Both the position numbers and the translations under genes were made by a program. From Lytechinus pictus (Eukaryota), in the NCBI RefSeq assembly GCF_037042905.1, contig NC_087246.1:8496001-8560000 (forward strand): a stretch of 64,000 nucleotides of DNA, read 5' to 3'. Under the pieces are notes generated by a model. It was not told the origin of the DNA. It saw nothing but the letters and a program-made list of their open reading frames with translations, and searched no databases. Below are positions 12,905-25,053 of the stretch, in pieces. Positions within the stretch are counted from its first letter, which is position 1. Each line of letters starts with the position of its first letter.

Positions 12905-13726
12905 CTAGAGAGCAATGGGATACAAAGAGCAAAAATTACAAGAGAGGCTAGCATTAATTAATTGCATGAGCTGCATTTCAAAAGCTGCAGAACAAAACTG
13001 TAGGTGCTCCAGCTACATTTATGTCCTTCTTTAATGTTTATAGACTTCATTTTTTAATGCCCTGTGTTTGGGGGGTGGGGGGGGGGGTGCGTATCCTGAA
13101 GATATTTGATTCACTGTATCAACTGATTCCACAAACAAATGGGTCCATTATAATTGTTTAACCTTGTTACTTCATTCATTTACATCCATAGCCATCATGA
13201 AGCTATTAATTTCCCTGATTCTGTCAGCAGAAACTGAAGATGAGGCTCTCTGCCACAGCAGCAAGAGCACCACAACACCCACTCCCATACTACAGCATCT
13301 GCTGGGTCTGCGAAAATAACAGTTTGTCAATTTTCGTAAGTTCTATGCTGAGAGTTTCATGAATAGCTCAAAGTGTACAAGATGAAGGTCACCTCAACTG
13401 ATGTGGAAATTATGAGACCCTGATAATATATAGACTTTTTGATAAAATCATTTTCTAAAAGACACCATAGGATTGATATGGGAAAAATTTGCACACTATC
13501 TTTCAATGTTAATGCAAGCACAACTCCACCATATATAACAAGCCTAAAATATCCATTGGGATTACAATTTATTAAAATTGTTAATTACAATTAGGAATTT
13601 GAATACCCTTCCCTGCTTTTTATGAACTCACTTATCTAGTAAAATATTAATTTACTTAAAAATATATTATTTTTTTCTATAAACTTTATATTTATCTATA
13701 TATCAATCAAAATATTTTCAACTTGC

Positions 13727-13849
13727 CTGGGGTGACTTGGATGGCATGCGTTCCTTGGATGTTGAGGACTGGGAAAGGATCAAGGGGCTGCTGGATGATC
13801 TATCGGACATCTCTCCTTCATCCCATGATGCACTGGACTCAAACACAAG
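13727..13849 (-). CDS. 123-bp phase-0 Ser-rich exon (copy 1)
   Basis: Near-identical to 12782-12904, including the flanking splice regions. CAG/GCAAGT donor. Confidence 0.55.
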
Positions 13850-14294
13850 CTAGAAAGCAATGGGATACAAAGAGCAAAAATAACAGACTTCACCTCATGC
13901 ATATTAGATTTCTACCGCTCAAGTTCTCTTTTTTTTTAATATTCTCACTTGTCACCTCTAGTTTCCCCGAATTCATTTATGCTTGCACTCTTATTGTATA
14001 ATCTATATACTAAATGAATTTATTTTTTCTTTTTTGTTAATCTGATGATTTCATCCTGAATAATTATACAAACCACATGTACTTGTTACTATTACTACAT
14101 TAATTATGTGGAGATGCTATGTACTGTAAAATGTTGAATTACAATTAACTTGTAGTTAATTAAATTACTAGGGCCTTTCTCATACCTTCTGATGACACAT
14201 GTGGAAATGAGTTCCACATAACTACTTTTGTATATTTTCCAAAAACTTCTGACTTGTAAAACTAATTGCAATTACAAAGAAGTTTATTGCTTAA

Positions 14295-14653
14295 AGTGTA
14301 CCAACACCCTAAAAATAAAACTCGAGAGTGAAAAGATCATCCAGGATACATCAAGTGCATAAGCCTTGTTGACAGTAATCATATACATACTTTCATAAAA
14401 ATCAAATCAAATTTATGCATCGTGGAACATATAGCATTATATGTTCTGTACGTATAGCGTACATGGCGATTTAATTGGCCATGCTGTACAATAGCTGTGT
14501 ACGGTCTGATCTTACGGCATGGCTCAGCAAGGCATGACATATAATCCATGATGCATAAATGTTATATGATTTATGAGAATTATGGATGCAGTCGGGGTGT
14601 ATTTTGGATGATCTTTTCGCTCTAAATTTTTATTTTTAGGGTGTTGGTACACT
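14295..14653. mobile_element. TTAA-TSD MITE (Kolobok-like)
   Basis: ~48-bp imperfect TIR starting AGTGTACCAACACCCTAAAAATAAAA. TTAA at 14291-14294 and 14654-14657. Confidence 0.85.
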
Positions 14654-14680
14654 TTAATTTTAAATCTTCTTTTAACTTGC

Positions 14681-15010
14681 CTTTGGTGACTTTGTCTGCT
14701 GACGTTCCTTCAATGTTGATGGCTGACAAACTGCTGCTTGACTTCTACTGGAAAATGTCCCTGCTTTCCCCACTTTCACATCAACTACTTCTTCTATGAT
14801 GTCGTCATCTGTTTCATCTAGTTGTATGTAGGGCCCATTTTGCTCTATGGTTGCTCTGAATTCATATTCCCCATCCCCTAATGCAAATTTCTTTTTTATT
14901 TGCCTGCTCATTGTAAGAAAGTCATAGTTGTCCGGTTTAATGACCTTTTCCACTTCTTCCCCATTTTCAGACACATGAGACACATAAACCCGCTTGTTAT
15001 GGCAACTCAT
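14681..15010 (-). CDS. First coding exon of EnSpm accessory gene (ubiquitin/PB1-like fold suspected)
   Basis: tgtatcag acceptor 8 nt before the ATG at 15010. Open frame MSCHNKRVYV...IKKKFALG...YIQLDETDDD, with an AAG/GCAAGT donor in phase 0. Confidence 0.6.
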
Positions 15011-15731
15011 TTTTTTCACTGATACAAAAAATCCACCAAAAGGTTTATTAGTTCTTCTTTTGAAATTATACTTTGAGAATATGCTTCAATCACTAGTAGC
15101 AGAAATTGCAGGGCTCCCTCCACTTCTATGATGTATATGTCGTCATCACTCATGTTTCCATGAATCTAACAAAACAAAGTCATTCAAAAGTAAATATAGT
15201 ATTAGTTAGTTCTGATTGTTTCATGAAATATATTTGCACATTTCACATGGAATATGGTAGATCAACCCATCAAGGACGAGATTCAATGTACAGTGGAGTA
15301 ATCAGAATTGCTTCAGTAACTTTGGTTTACTTTCATGAAAAATAAGGAGAATGTATCAAAAGAAAAATATTTCCTGCATAATTTGATTCCTCATATGTAC
15401 CAATTCAATATTTTGTTGGTTCACAAGATTTTTCAAAGTGCAATTTACCTATCAATCCTCATATCAATGGCAACACTTATGGAAATTGAAATCTTACTTT
15501 TCCTCATCCAAACTGATTAACAGAAATGTCAATGAAGTTTTTGGCTTTGCCTAAGATATATGAAACTGTTAAAATAAATAATTATTGTTGCACATTTGAA
15601 GATATATTATGTAATAGGGATAATTTTCCTCCTTAGAATAATTCAAATGGGGCATTCATCCCCAATAAGTTAAGATCTATAAGAACTATTTCTGCAAATG
15701 AATATTACTACCTCTAAGGTACCTGACTTAT

Positions 15732-18229
15732 TCAACAGATATAATTTCTTGGAGTAATGACATTCCTATTGCCATGTGTATTTATATGTAGAGGGCGAAA
15801 ATTCTTCAACATATCTGTTCTTTTAAAGAACACCTCATTTGACTCAGTCACAATGAAACAATGAATATGATCATCAAAATAGTCTGTCTTCCACACCTTC
15901 CCAGCAAGAATGACATTCTGACCAACAATAACAGAATATGAAACTTGTCCAAAAGGTGGAAGTTCATCAACAACATTGAGAACAACTACAGAACCCTTCC
16001 TGTACACTGTGCCACAATGTGTCACCTTTCTTGTCGTGGACACATCATCTTCTGGATTAAGCTCTGGTACATGTGTCAGGAAGGCAGGAAAATCCTCCAA
16101 ATCTCTTACTGCACAATCTACAACTTCACCAGCATCAATCCTGAAGATTTCTTGACCTTGTTGCCACCTGCAACATTGACTAATCTGATGTCTTGAAGCA
16201 GCAGTGTAGCATATATCCTTGAAACAACAGACCACACTTGCAAGTCTTTTACTCAGGTGGTGTTTTGCCTCAAAGCGCATACTCCACATGTGAATTAGTG
16301 GTCCCAATTCCCTTTATGCCATGGGATAATGAACAACAAAATGATGCTTTGGAAGAAGCCTTGTTGTGGGGAATATATCACGAAATATGGTATGGTGGTC
16401 CTGGATCAGATACTTCAGGTACAAAATTAGACCATCTGTAATATCATCTGAAAATACTATATCAACAATCTCACGCAATTTTAAGAGCAACTTCCAGTGC
16501 ACATTATCCTGAGGTATGATGGAACCAATCAAAAGTGGTAGTACACGGAGAAGGCACCACATTTGACTTGCACTCTGTTTTAAGGAATGATCTCTTCCCT
16601 TGAGAGTTGACTCAAGGATAGGAGTTGGCTTGTTTTTAGCATCACAAAATCCATAGTTATGGGATGACACAAAGGTGTTGAAGTCAGGAAGTGTAAAGAA
16701 ATGATCATCATAAATGAATTTGCATAATACTAATTTAACCTCCAAAATATCATGCATTATGTCAACAGCCACATTTGATGTCACATGGAAATATTGCAAT
16801 GAATTCAGAATACAGTCCCTCTTTACACCACTGTTTGCTACTAGTGCAGGATCATTTCTAACTTCTTCTACATGCAAACTGTGTGTATGTCTGTCTCTCA
16901 GATCAAACTCTTCGCCTGTGAATTTGGTCTGAAATTCATCTCTTCTTCCGACACAAATCCTACAAGGCATGTTTGCTGCAAAACTTTCAACAAAACCTAA
17001 AAGGCCATCGAGTCCAAGGTTGTCTCCACAAATTTGAGACAATGTGCCACGAACCACTCTCACTGAATTGTCAGGAAGAACAATTTCTGCACCCTCTTCA
17101 CTCTCTAATTTTCTGAGATCTGCTACAAATGGTGCCAATATCGAATCAAATCCATACTTTTTGATATCCAAACAATTGCAGAGAGCAAGTAAATGGATGT
17201 TGTCAAGTGAAGAGTTCCATTTTGGGGAAGATTCTTGAAAGTGATGTAGAAGGCTCCTACCTTGTGAATGCCTCTTTTTGATCCTAGCGGGTTTACAACT
17301 TCGAACTCATCAAAATAAAGGCAAATTTGAATAGCCTGACGATTGGTTGAAAAAAGAGGATGATTTTTGTACTGTTGGCCATCACATATGTCGTGCATTG
17401 TATTAGTAGTACTTGAATGCCCCATCTCTATTTCATGTCTTACATGTTCATCTCCAAGTATCAATCCTAGAGTTGATAATATTGAAATATACTGGAACGT
17501 TTCTGGTACCGTTACTGTTTTGGATTTACCACTTTCACCATCAGTTCGAGAATCATTCCGAAAGCCTAAAAATATTGTTTGGGGTTTCACTAGCCCTAGA
17601 ATGTTCTCAAAAAATTGCTCTTGTTTGTATCTTGTTTCTAGCCCATTTTTTAAATCAAATTCAGCTAAGATATTCTTACATTCTCCATTCTTCAGGTCAA
17701 TTCCCAAGACCTCAAAAGTCTGAATAACTTTGCTCCTTAGACTTTCAACAACACCAGAATTCAAAGTTGCTGCAGCAGATAACACTCTGTTTGTCATAAC
17801 ATGAGTCATGTTGGTGTTTGATAAAAGAGAACCAATGAAAAATGCAGCTGGTCTTGTACTGTCATTATCTGGTATTGCTCCACCTTGTTCTTGTAGGCCT
17901 ATTCTATCATCAATATCATCATCAACATCATCATCAAATGCATCTGCTGCAGGATTATGCATTTCACCAACACCAACACCCAAATCAGCATCAACTAGAC
18001 CATCCATACCTTGTACAACTTCAGGTTCAGGTTCATCTTGTGGATGTTGGTTTAATAAATGTTTCCTGTACGAGTTGAAAGTGGTAAATGATGAAGGACA
18101 TGCACCTTGACCACAAACCAAATGAAGATGGGGCATGTCAAATAACGCATGAGCCATGTGTAGATGGCTGATCAACTTTGCAACAGGCCCTGGAATAATC
18201 AAATGACATTTATAGCAAAGATATCCCAT
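15732..18229 (-). pseudogene. EnSpm/CACTA transposase with N-terminal C2H2 zinc fingers
   Basis: CYKC..HLHMAH and CGQGAC..YRKHLLNQH, LYFDEFEVVNPLGS, GDNLG..GFVESF...CRIC, VDIMHDILE, PKHHFVVHYP, GPL..WSMRFEAKH. One frameshift near 17225 and an in-frame TAA at 16314-16316. Confidence 0.9.
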
Positions 18230-18332
18230 CTTCTAAGTTTGACAAGACTCTAGACTAGAGTCTAAACTATGAAAGTAGTCTGTATTATACTTCTAACTTA
18301 AACCTGAACTTAAATATTTAGTGCATGCTTAC

Positions 18333-18600
18333 CTTGCTTTGCCTCTGACTACACCGTGACGGAACCAACGTCTTGTGCACACTATAGATCGTAGACGGTG
18401 CGCGCATTCCATGCCTCATCAGGCCCAGGCCAGGCGCGGCCTGATCGCGAGGCCGGACCTGCCCCAGGGGTATACGGTGGTCCCGAAGAAACGTGTGTAG
18501 CAAACTCACTAGCGAGCGGCGAGCGAACAAGTCAGGACATGAGTATGCAAATCCGGATCCCAGCTTTGCGAAGCAACCAATCAGATCACGTTTTGCAGTC
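18333..18600 (-). promoter_or_regulatory. GC-rich promoter / 5' non-coding exon of the EnSpm element
   Basis: CpG-rich segment and a CCAATCAG box near 18577. AAG/GTAAGC donor at 18332 and a tag acceptor at 18233, 3 nt before the transposase ATG, give a 100-bp intron. Confidence 0.55.
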
Positions 18601-19477
18601 AGCACTCAATGTGAAGTGCTACATTTTTATTTTTTCTCGTTTAGCACTCGTTTTCAGCACTCAAATATTCAGCACGTTTCGGTTTCCTTGTAAAAGTTAA
18701 CCCTTCAAGTGTAGAATCTCACTCAGCACCGAACATTTAGCACCTCAGTTTTTTGTGTGTACCTTTTGTGAGGTAATTTCACCAGAATAAGGTTACATGC
18801 TATTTTAAATGAAATGTTACCTCTCAATAAGCACATTTTTCAACGAAAATTTATTAATACAAAGGGCATAATAAGGACAAAATGAACCCAAACTCACGAA
18901 CATTGGTATATCACTATCGACTGAAACAGCCAGGACAACTCATGCAGCCCACTTTTGAAGCTGGAAATCTTACCTTGATTTTGAGGGATTTCTCCTACAA
19001 TCATTGGTCACTGCACCTAGTGATCGCGGGTGTAGCCATTCGTTCATCATCTTAAATGTTAAATCAACTTTTATATATATTTTTTTTTGGGGGGGGGGTG
19101 GGGATTAAACATTTGATATTGTGTAAAAATATTTGTGTATCAAAGGCATTGATTGGATTACACTAAACTTGTACTCTCAACTTTTATTCATAATGTGTGA
19201 AAGAAATGGGGAAAGAGAATATTTGTAGCCATAATTTTGATTCCCATAGCTACCCTCCCTTTTTGAAAAAATTGGTGAGGCTGAAAAAAAAATTATCTGC
19301 CGGGAATATACATGTGTAACACCGATGATGGGTTAGTGGTTATCGGTGGTTAGAGCGAACCTGACTCCATTGACCGTCAGATGATTTTTTTTTTGCAACC
19401 TCATAGATTATTTTCTTTGTCAGGTGTACATGAGTCTTGAACAATTAGTATATGGGTGTGTGTATAGGTGTATATGT

Positions 19478-19564
19478 ATGTATATATATATATACGTTAC
19501 ACCCCCCATATATATATTGTTCAAAAATCATCTACACCTGTGTGTATATATTTATATATATATG

Positions 19565-19613
<49 letters not shown>
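19478..19613. repeat. (TA)n microsatellite
   Basis: Directly visible. Confidence 0.95.
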
Positions 19614-19619
<6 letters not shown>

Positions 19620-19634
19620 GAAAACAAATCTTAA

Positions 19635-20232
19635 AGGGGTACCCCAGACTGAAAATGATATGAAATTGACCAGATAAAAAAAATAAGACAAACAAATCAC
19701 TGAAAATTTTATCAAATTTAGACCAGGAATAACAAAGTTATGACATTTTAAAGATATGCATTAGTTCTGTGGATGTCTTCATGAATATTCAATGAGCAAA
19801 CTCATGATGTCATATCCCAACTTGTTCTTTTGTATTTTATTATATCAATGTATGAAATTAGGTGTTTTTTTTTAATCCCACAAGAACTAAACGAAAATGG
19901 GCTAGAAAAGTGATTTAATGCATTAGATATATTTATTGTGGCAACTTATTTTATTATTAGAGAGACATATCCTTCACACTTCTATGAAAGAAATGAAATA
20001 ATTATGATTTATTGTAATAACATAAGAAAAAAGGGAAGTTGGCATGTGACATCATCAGCCCACCTAATGAATATTCACGATGACGTGCATATGACTTTTT
20101 CCGCAAAATTTTGCTTAAATTTAAAATTCGATAACTTCCTTATTTGTTATCAGATTTTGATGCAATTATCAGCATTTGCTTGTTGAATTTTACTCTATTT
20201 AGATATAAATATTTTCAGACCAGAATACCCCT
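19635..20232. mobile_element. TTAA-TSD MITE (Kolobok-like), related to 51116 and 62214 copies
   Basis: AGGGGTA...TACCCCT termini, TTAA on both sides (19631-19634, 20233-20236), shared AAAGTTATGACATTTT internal motif. Confidence 0.8.
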
Positions 20233-22524
20233 TTAAGCCAGTGATGATTGTTACTTTGTAGTTTCGGAGATACAGCTAATTAGTTTGATGTACATTGTAC
20301 CAGTTACGGTACAAATGCTTCTTTTTGTTGCACCTAATAATACAATTTTGGAGCAGGCAGTGAATGGGCTTCCAGTGGCTGAAGAAAAACGGGAAATTAC
20401 CTGATAGGGTTTGTTTTCTTGAATATGTTCATTTGTCGGGCGCCATCTATTCATTGGATATGTTTAGTGCCTTTTTGGAGGGGGGGGGGGGGTGGAGGCA
20501 GATAACTAGTTTACAGTGGTCACATCTGTAATTATTTACCCATATATATGCGTGTGAATATGACAGTAAAGAAAATTCAGTGATTGTCTTTTATATAGTA
20601 GATAGGAAATCATATGCATAAACTTTTGCCAAACAGCTGTATCTAATTACGCATCAATCTTAGTGGTGGGTTGGGTCGAAGTAATGTATTTGCTCTCCTG
20701 TTGTAATAAAATGTGTGAAACCCGAGTCAGTTACTGTGTAAGTTAGATTTTTTAGCAAGTATATTATTTAAGTTTATAGTCATCATCAGTATTGTCATTC
20801 TAATTAACTTTTCATTATTATAGTTGTTGAAGTGTTGTATGATGATTTTTTTTTCATGCGTACATAATCATGGTGATAAAAGTCTATAGGCGGAAGAGTA
20901 TTGTTATCATGTTTTTAATATGATCATGATCCTATTATTATTTTTACTATGGTATTGATAATAGTTTTAAAGATTGTCATGTAACAACAAATAGTAATAT
21001 CACCACAACTACCATGAATGCTGTCGTGGGTAAATCGTTTCTGCTGCCAATCTCTCATACCATGTAGAGGGTTCCCACATGACATCACGAACAGCCATGT
21101 TAACTTTGGAGGACATAACAAAGCGACACCTGTGCATGACAATGAAAACAACCATGGTTTGATACCAGGTTAGTATTGTTTGTCCGCAAACTTCGCTGCT
21201 TATGGGAACCCTCTATTTACCATTGGTGATTATGTGATAATAAGCCAAGTGATGATCTCGTGTTAAGTTATAATGTTCTGTTGAAAAAATATACATACCT
21301 ATTTTTCAAAGTTTAAAAAAGTGGGGGTTCAGTCAAGGATGGGGGGGGGGGGAGTTCATACATTAAAAATATTTTCCTGGTCATAAAAAATACAAACTTA
21401 ACATGTGAAAGTCAATCCTTAGTACGTTTACCGTTCAGATATACTGTCAAAAATGCTGCTATTAGCCTAATAAGATGGCGAGACTTGACATTTAATGTGA
21501 TACCTCAGATCAAATGAAATGAAAATCTTGTAAAGGTTGATCTTTCTTTGAAATATCCAATATTGTTGGCAGTCTACTTTAATTTACACTGTGAAAACGC
21601 TGTTAAAAATTGTATAGGTACAATGCTGTTTATTAATCTTATAGTACTTGTTCAAAAGTTTAAATAACCATTCTTAATTCATTGAGTAATAAATTCTAAA
21701 ATCAAACTTTAGAGTTTTTAACAATTGTTTAAACTGTTTAATCAACGAGTGTTAGGTTCATAATTCATATAGTATAAACAGCGTTGTACATATAAATTAT
21801 AAACAGATTTTTCTTACTTTGTAATATGGACGTGGCTCATTTCTATTCCATTGTGATTGGTTTGATGTATTGATGGTAAGATACCACTGAAAATGCATGG
21901 TATTGATATATTTTCTGTATTACGCATTCATACTGAAGAAAGAAGATATTCTGTTTATTTTCAACTTATCATTAGATTATAATTCGTAAATATTTGTATA
22001 TGCTTAACTTTTTGTATTATCACCTGGTAAGAATTGCGATTATTATGCTAAGATTTGGTGCCTTTTACTTTGTACATTTTATTCACGACACGGCCCCAAT
22101 GCAAATCAGACTCTGTATCTGTTTGGGTTTTTTTATCGTGTGAAAATAAAATTTATCTATCTTTCTAGTTACAACGTGGTATTCAAAAATTGTTTTACCG
22201 TTATATTTAATTCTCGATATAACATTTATAAGTAGAAGGCTAAATGGGCCGATCAGTCGATCCAATCTCACTCATATTACGTGTGATTTGGCATGTGTGG
22301 AGACTCCTAATCTACACACTTTTCAAAACGGCAAGTTTTGGCAGTACTTCTCAGCGTCTAACCATATACCAAAGATACGGAGGGTTACGTAGGTTTGACT
22401 TTACATCAAAATATTTTCCGCTTTACCCGGTAAGTAACTCTAGAAAATTGCATGGTCATTCAAACTATGCATTTAAGCATCCACTTTCGGGCATGTTTTG
22501 AATCCGAAAGGAAAGTCTATATAA

Positions 22525-22687
22525 TACCAATGTCACATTTGCTCTACGGCGGCCGTACGGCTAGTCGAAAACAGCCGTTTTAACATTTTTTTGTACCAGC
22601 TACATATAGATGGTTTGAATAAAAATGAATAAAACGGCTGTTTTCGACTCGCCGTACGGCCGCCGTAGAGCAAATGTGACCGAGGTA
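22525..22687. mobile_element. Palindromic Harbinger-like MITE
   Basis: ~60-bp inverted arms GTCACATTTGCTCTACGGCGGCCGTACGG.... TAA at 22522-22524 and 22688-22690. Confidence 0.8.
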
Positions 22688-23931
22688 TAAGGTTAAGCAG
22701 AAAAAATATGTTTGATGTAGTCTTGTGGGCAAACGTAATCCTCCACCTACTTGAACCCTGAACCCAGTGGGAAGACCCCCAGACAGAGGATACATAATGT
22801 ACAGTGAAACCTCTACGTTGTTAGTGTTACACTAAAATTAATCTTTTACCTTTTGAATATTACCCCAGCCTTTGGATCTTTCTAAGTAAGATGTATGTGT
22901 GTTTTAATATTAGTAATTTATTGTAAAATTCATACTTTTTATTTATTCAAAATAATATATTTTCATAACCACGAAAAGGTGCAAGTATAATGATGAATGC
23001 TACAGTATAATGAAATATGGGTATATTTTTACTGCAATCTGTCATAAGCAAGTGTATCAACAACATCAGGAATCTTTTTTGTATTTGTTCATTTTGCTAA
23101 AATAAATGATTGCAATAGTATAAACCAAACTCCTTTTTCATTATATTTTATGCTTTATCCCGGTTGAGTGTGTGTTACTGTTCTGTTGAGATAGGGAGTT
23201 GTTAGTATGGTTAACATGGTTAAGAGGTAGGTTTTGTTGATGGAATAGGTTTCGTGATCATGAAGGATGTTTTGCTTTACATTCCTTATTATATGATAAC
23301 GTTGCTGTCTGATTAATGAAAAATGAATTACCAGATGAATTGTATAGAAAGTATTCTACCTTCGCCGATCTCTCAATTTCACAGTTTTGGTCTATATATT
23401 CCCCAAAAATGTAAAACGATAGACGCGGATATTGCTGGAAGTTGAATGCTTGATCATGAAATCAATTTTTTTCTGCTGAAGTCGGCCGGGGAACAATTTA
23501 TTTTATAATGTGCAGAGACATACATTAGTGCTAAAAAGTTAGTGAACCCCACCAGAAAAGTGTTCAAGTTCTGCCATGTTATGTATATTTAATTGTGAAA
23601 TGAGGTAATAAAATATTACATTAAGCAAAGTTTATTTCTCTGGGCTCGCCTGACATTGTATACAACAGGGGCCGCGGAATAGGAGGGGCAGGGGGCACTT
23701 GCCTCCCCCCAAAAAAATTCCCCGTAGGAAAAATACCCTTTTTACAAAATGGAAATTGCCCTTTTTTTCAAAATGAAATGTGCCCTTTTACAAAATGAAA
23801 TACCCTTTCTGAAGTAAAACTTACATTTTAGGTTTAAAAAAATCACAATTTTTTTCGGCTCGCGCTTGCATCAATTATTGTTTAGTAAGGTACTCGCCCT
23901 GTTCATGGTTACAACAATGCATGTATCGAAT

Positions 23932-24267
23932 CATGGACGGAAATCCCAGGGGGGACAGGGGGACGTGTTCCCCCTACTCGAAATAGTAGGGGGGGGGGAC
24001 ACATTATCACTATCAGATGTCCCCCCCCTACTATTTGTGATCTTTTATGATTGTAAGAAATACATCATTCAAAATCGAAATAAAACATGTATTTTAGGAC
24101 GAGATATGACCTTACTTTTGGGATGATAACTTTTTTTTTTTGCTTGTCAAATTTATTTTCGTCGAAATGACCTTAAATTTGGGGTGATAACCCTTTTTTT
24201 TTATTGGCTTATCAAATTTTCCAGCCCCTTGTCCCCCCCTTCCTTTTGGGAGAGATTTCCGCCCCTG
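23932..24267. mobile_element. hAT-like MITE
   Basis: 8-bp TSD TATCGAAT (23924-23931, 24268-24275). TIR CATGGACGGAAATC / GATTTCCGCCCCTG. Confidence 0.85.
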
Positions 24268-24754
24268 TATCGAATGTCCAGTTTCAGGTTGGAATATCAC
24301 ACATTTTTGGCTCGTGTTTGGCGCTTGCATCAATTATCGTTTATTAAAAGTACTCATGCTGTTCCTGGTTACAAAAAGACGCTGAGAATGTCCAGTTTTC
24401 AGGTTAGAAAATCACAAAAAAATTTGAAAATTCTTCCTTCGTAAGGTATTCATCCTGTTCATGGTTACAAAATGCTTAATATGTCCAGTTTTTAGGTTAG
24501 AATATTCTGAATTTTCAGCTCGCGCTTCGCACTCGCATTATTCGATTGGTGAGATATTTCTATTATTCATGAGTCACTAATACAGTCTTTCACAGGTTCC
24601 TTTTCTGGTCAGTATATATAAAATTTCAGCTCATCTTTTTTCATGATTACAAAAACTACTCGGAATGTTTACTCTTCATGTCTTATTACATGAAATGTCC
24701 AAAAAGTTTCAGCTCGTGATTCGCGCTCGCTACATCTCACAAGGATGCCCTTTT

Positions 24755-25053
24755 AACAGTATTCAGCGCCATAATTGACCAAAAAGCGAGTTTTTCAACT
24801 TCGGATGTGAAAATCTTTACACACCGTTTGCTCGCGGAAATATGAATATGAAATATAAATAAGAAATCACTTAAAAAAAACTTCGCTCAACTTAATTACT
24901 AAGTGTAGTAATTAAGTTGAGCGAAGTTTTTTTTTAAGTGATTTCTTATATATATTGCATATTCATATTTCCGCGAGCAAACGGTTTGTAAAGATTTTCA
25001 TATCCGAAGTTGAAAAACTCGCTTTTTGGTCAATTATGGCGCTGAAAACTGTT
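24755..25053. repeat. ~300-bp near-perfect palindrome (foldback)
   Basis: Arms of ~145 bp around a 6-nt loop (AATTACT-AAGTGT-AGTAATT at about 24894-24913). Confidence 0.9.

Larger units (their letters stand above)
5220..18759 (-). mobile_element. EnSpm/CACTA (CMC) DNA transposon, degenerate, 3' end lost
   Basis: CAC-type terminus (minus-strand CACACAAAAAACTG ending at 18759) with subterminal AGCAC repeats, then the transposase, then a co-oriented spliced accessory gene. No matching opposite TIR found. Confidence 0.7.

Noticed and set aside
13205..13307. Possible additional accessory-gene exon after a cag acceptor
   Set aside because: The phase-0 reading hits a stop after 5 codons and no clear donor was found.
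19319..19380. tRNA-like A-box sequence TGGTTAGAGC
   Set aside because: No B box or cloverleaf.
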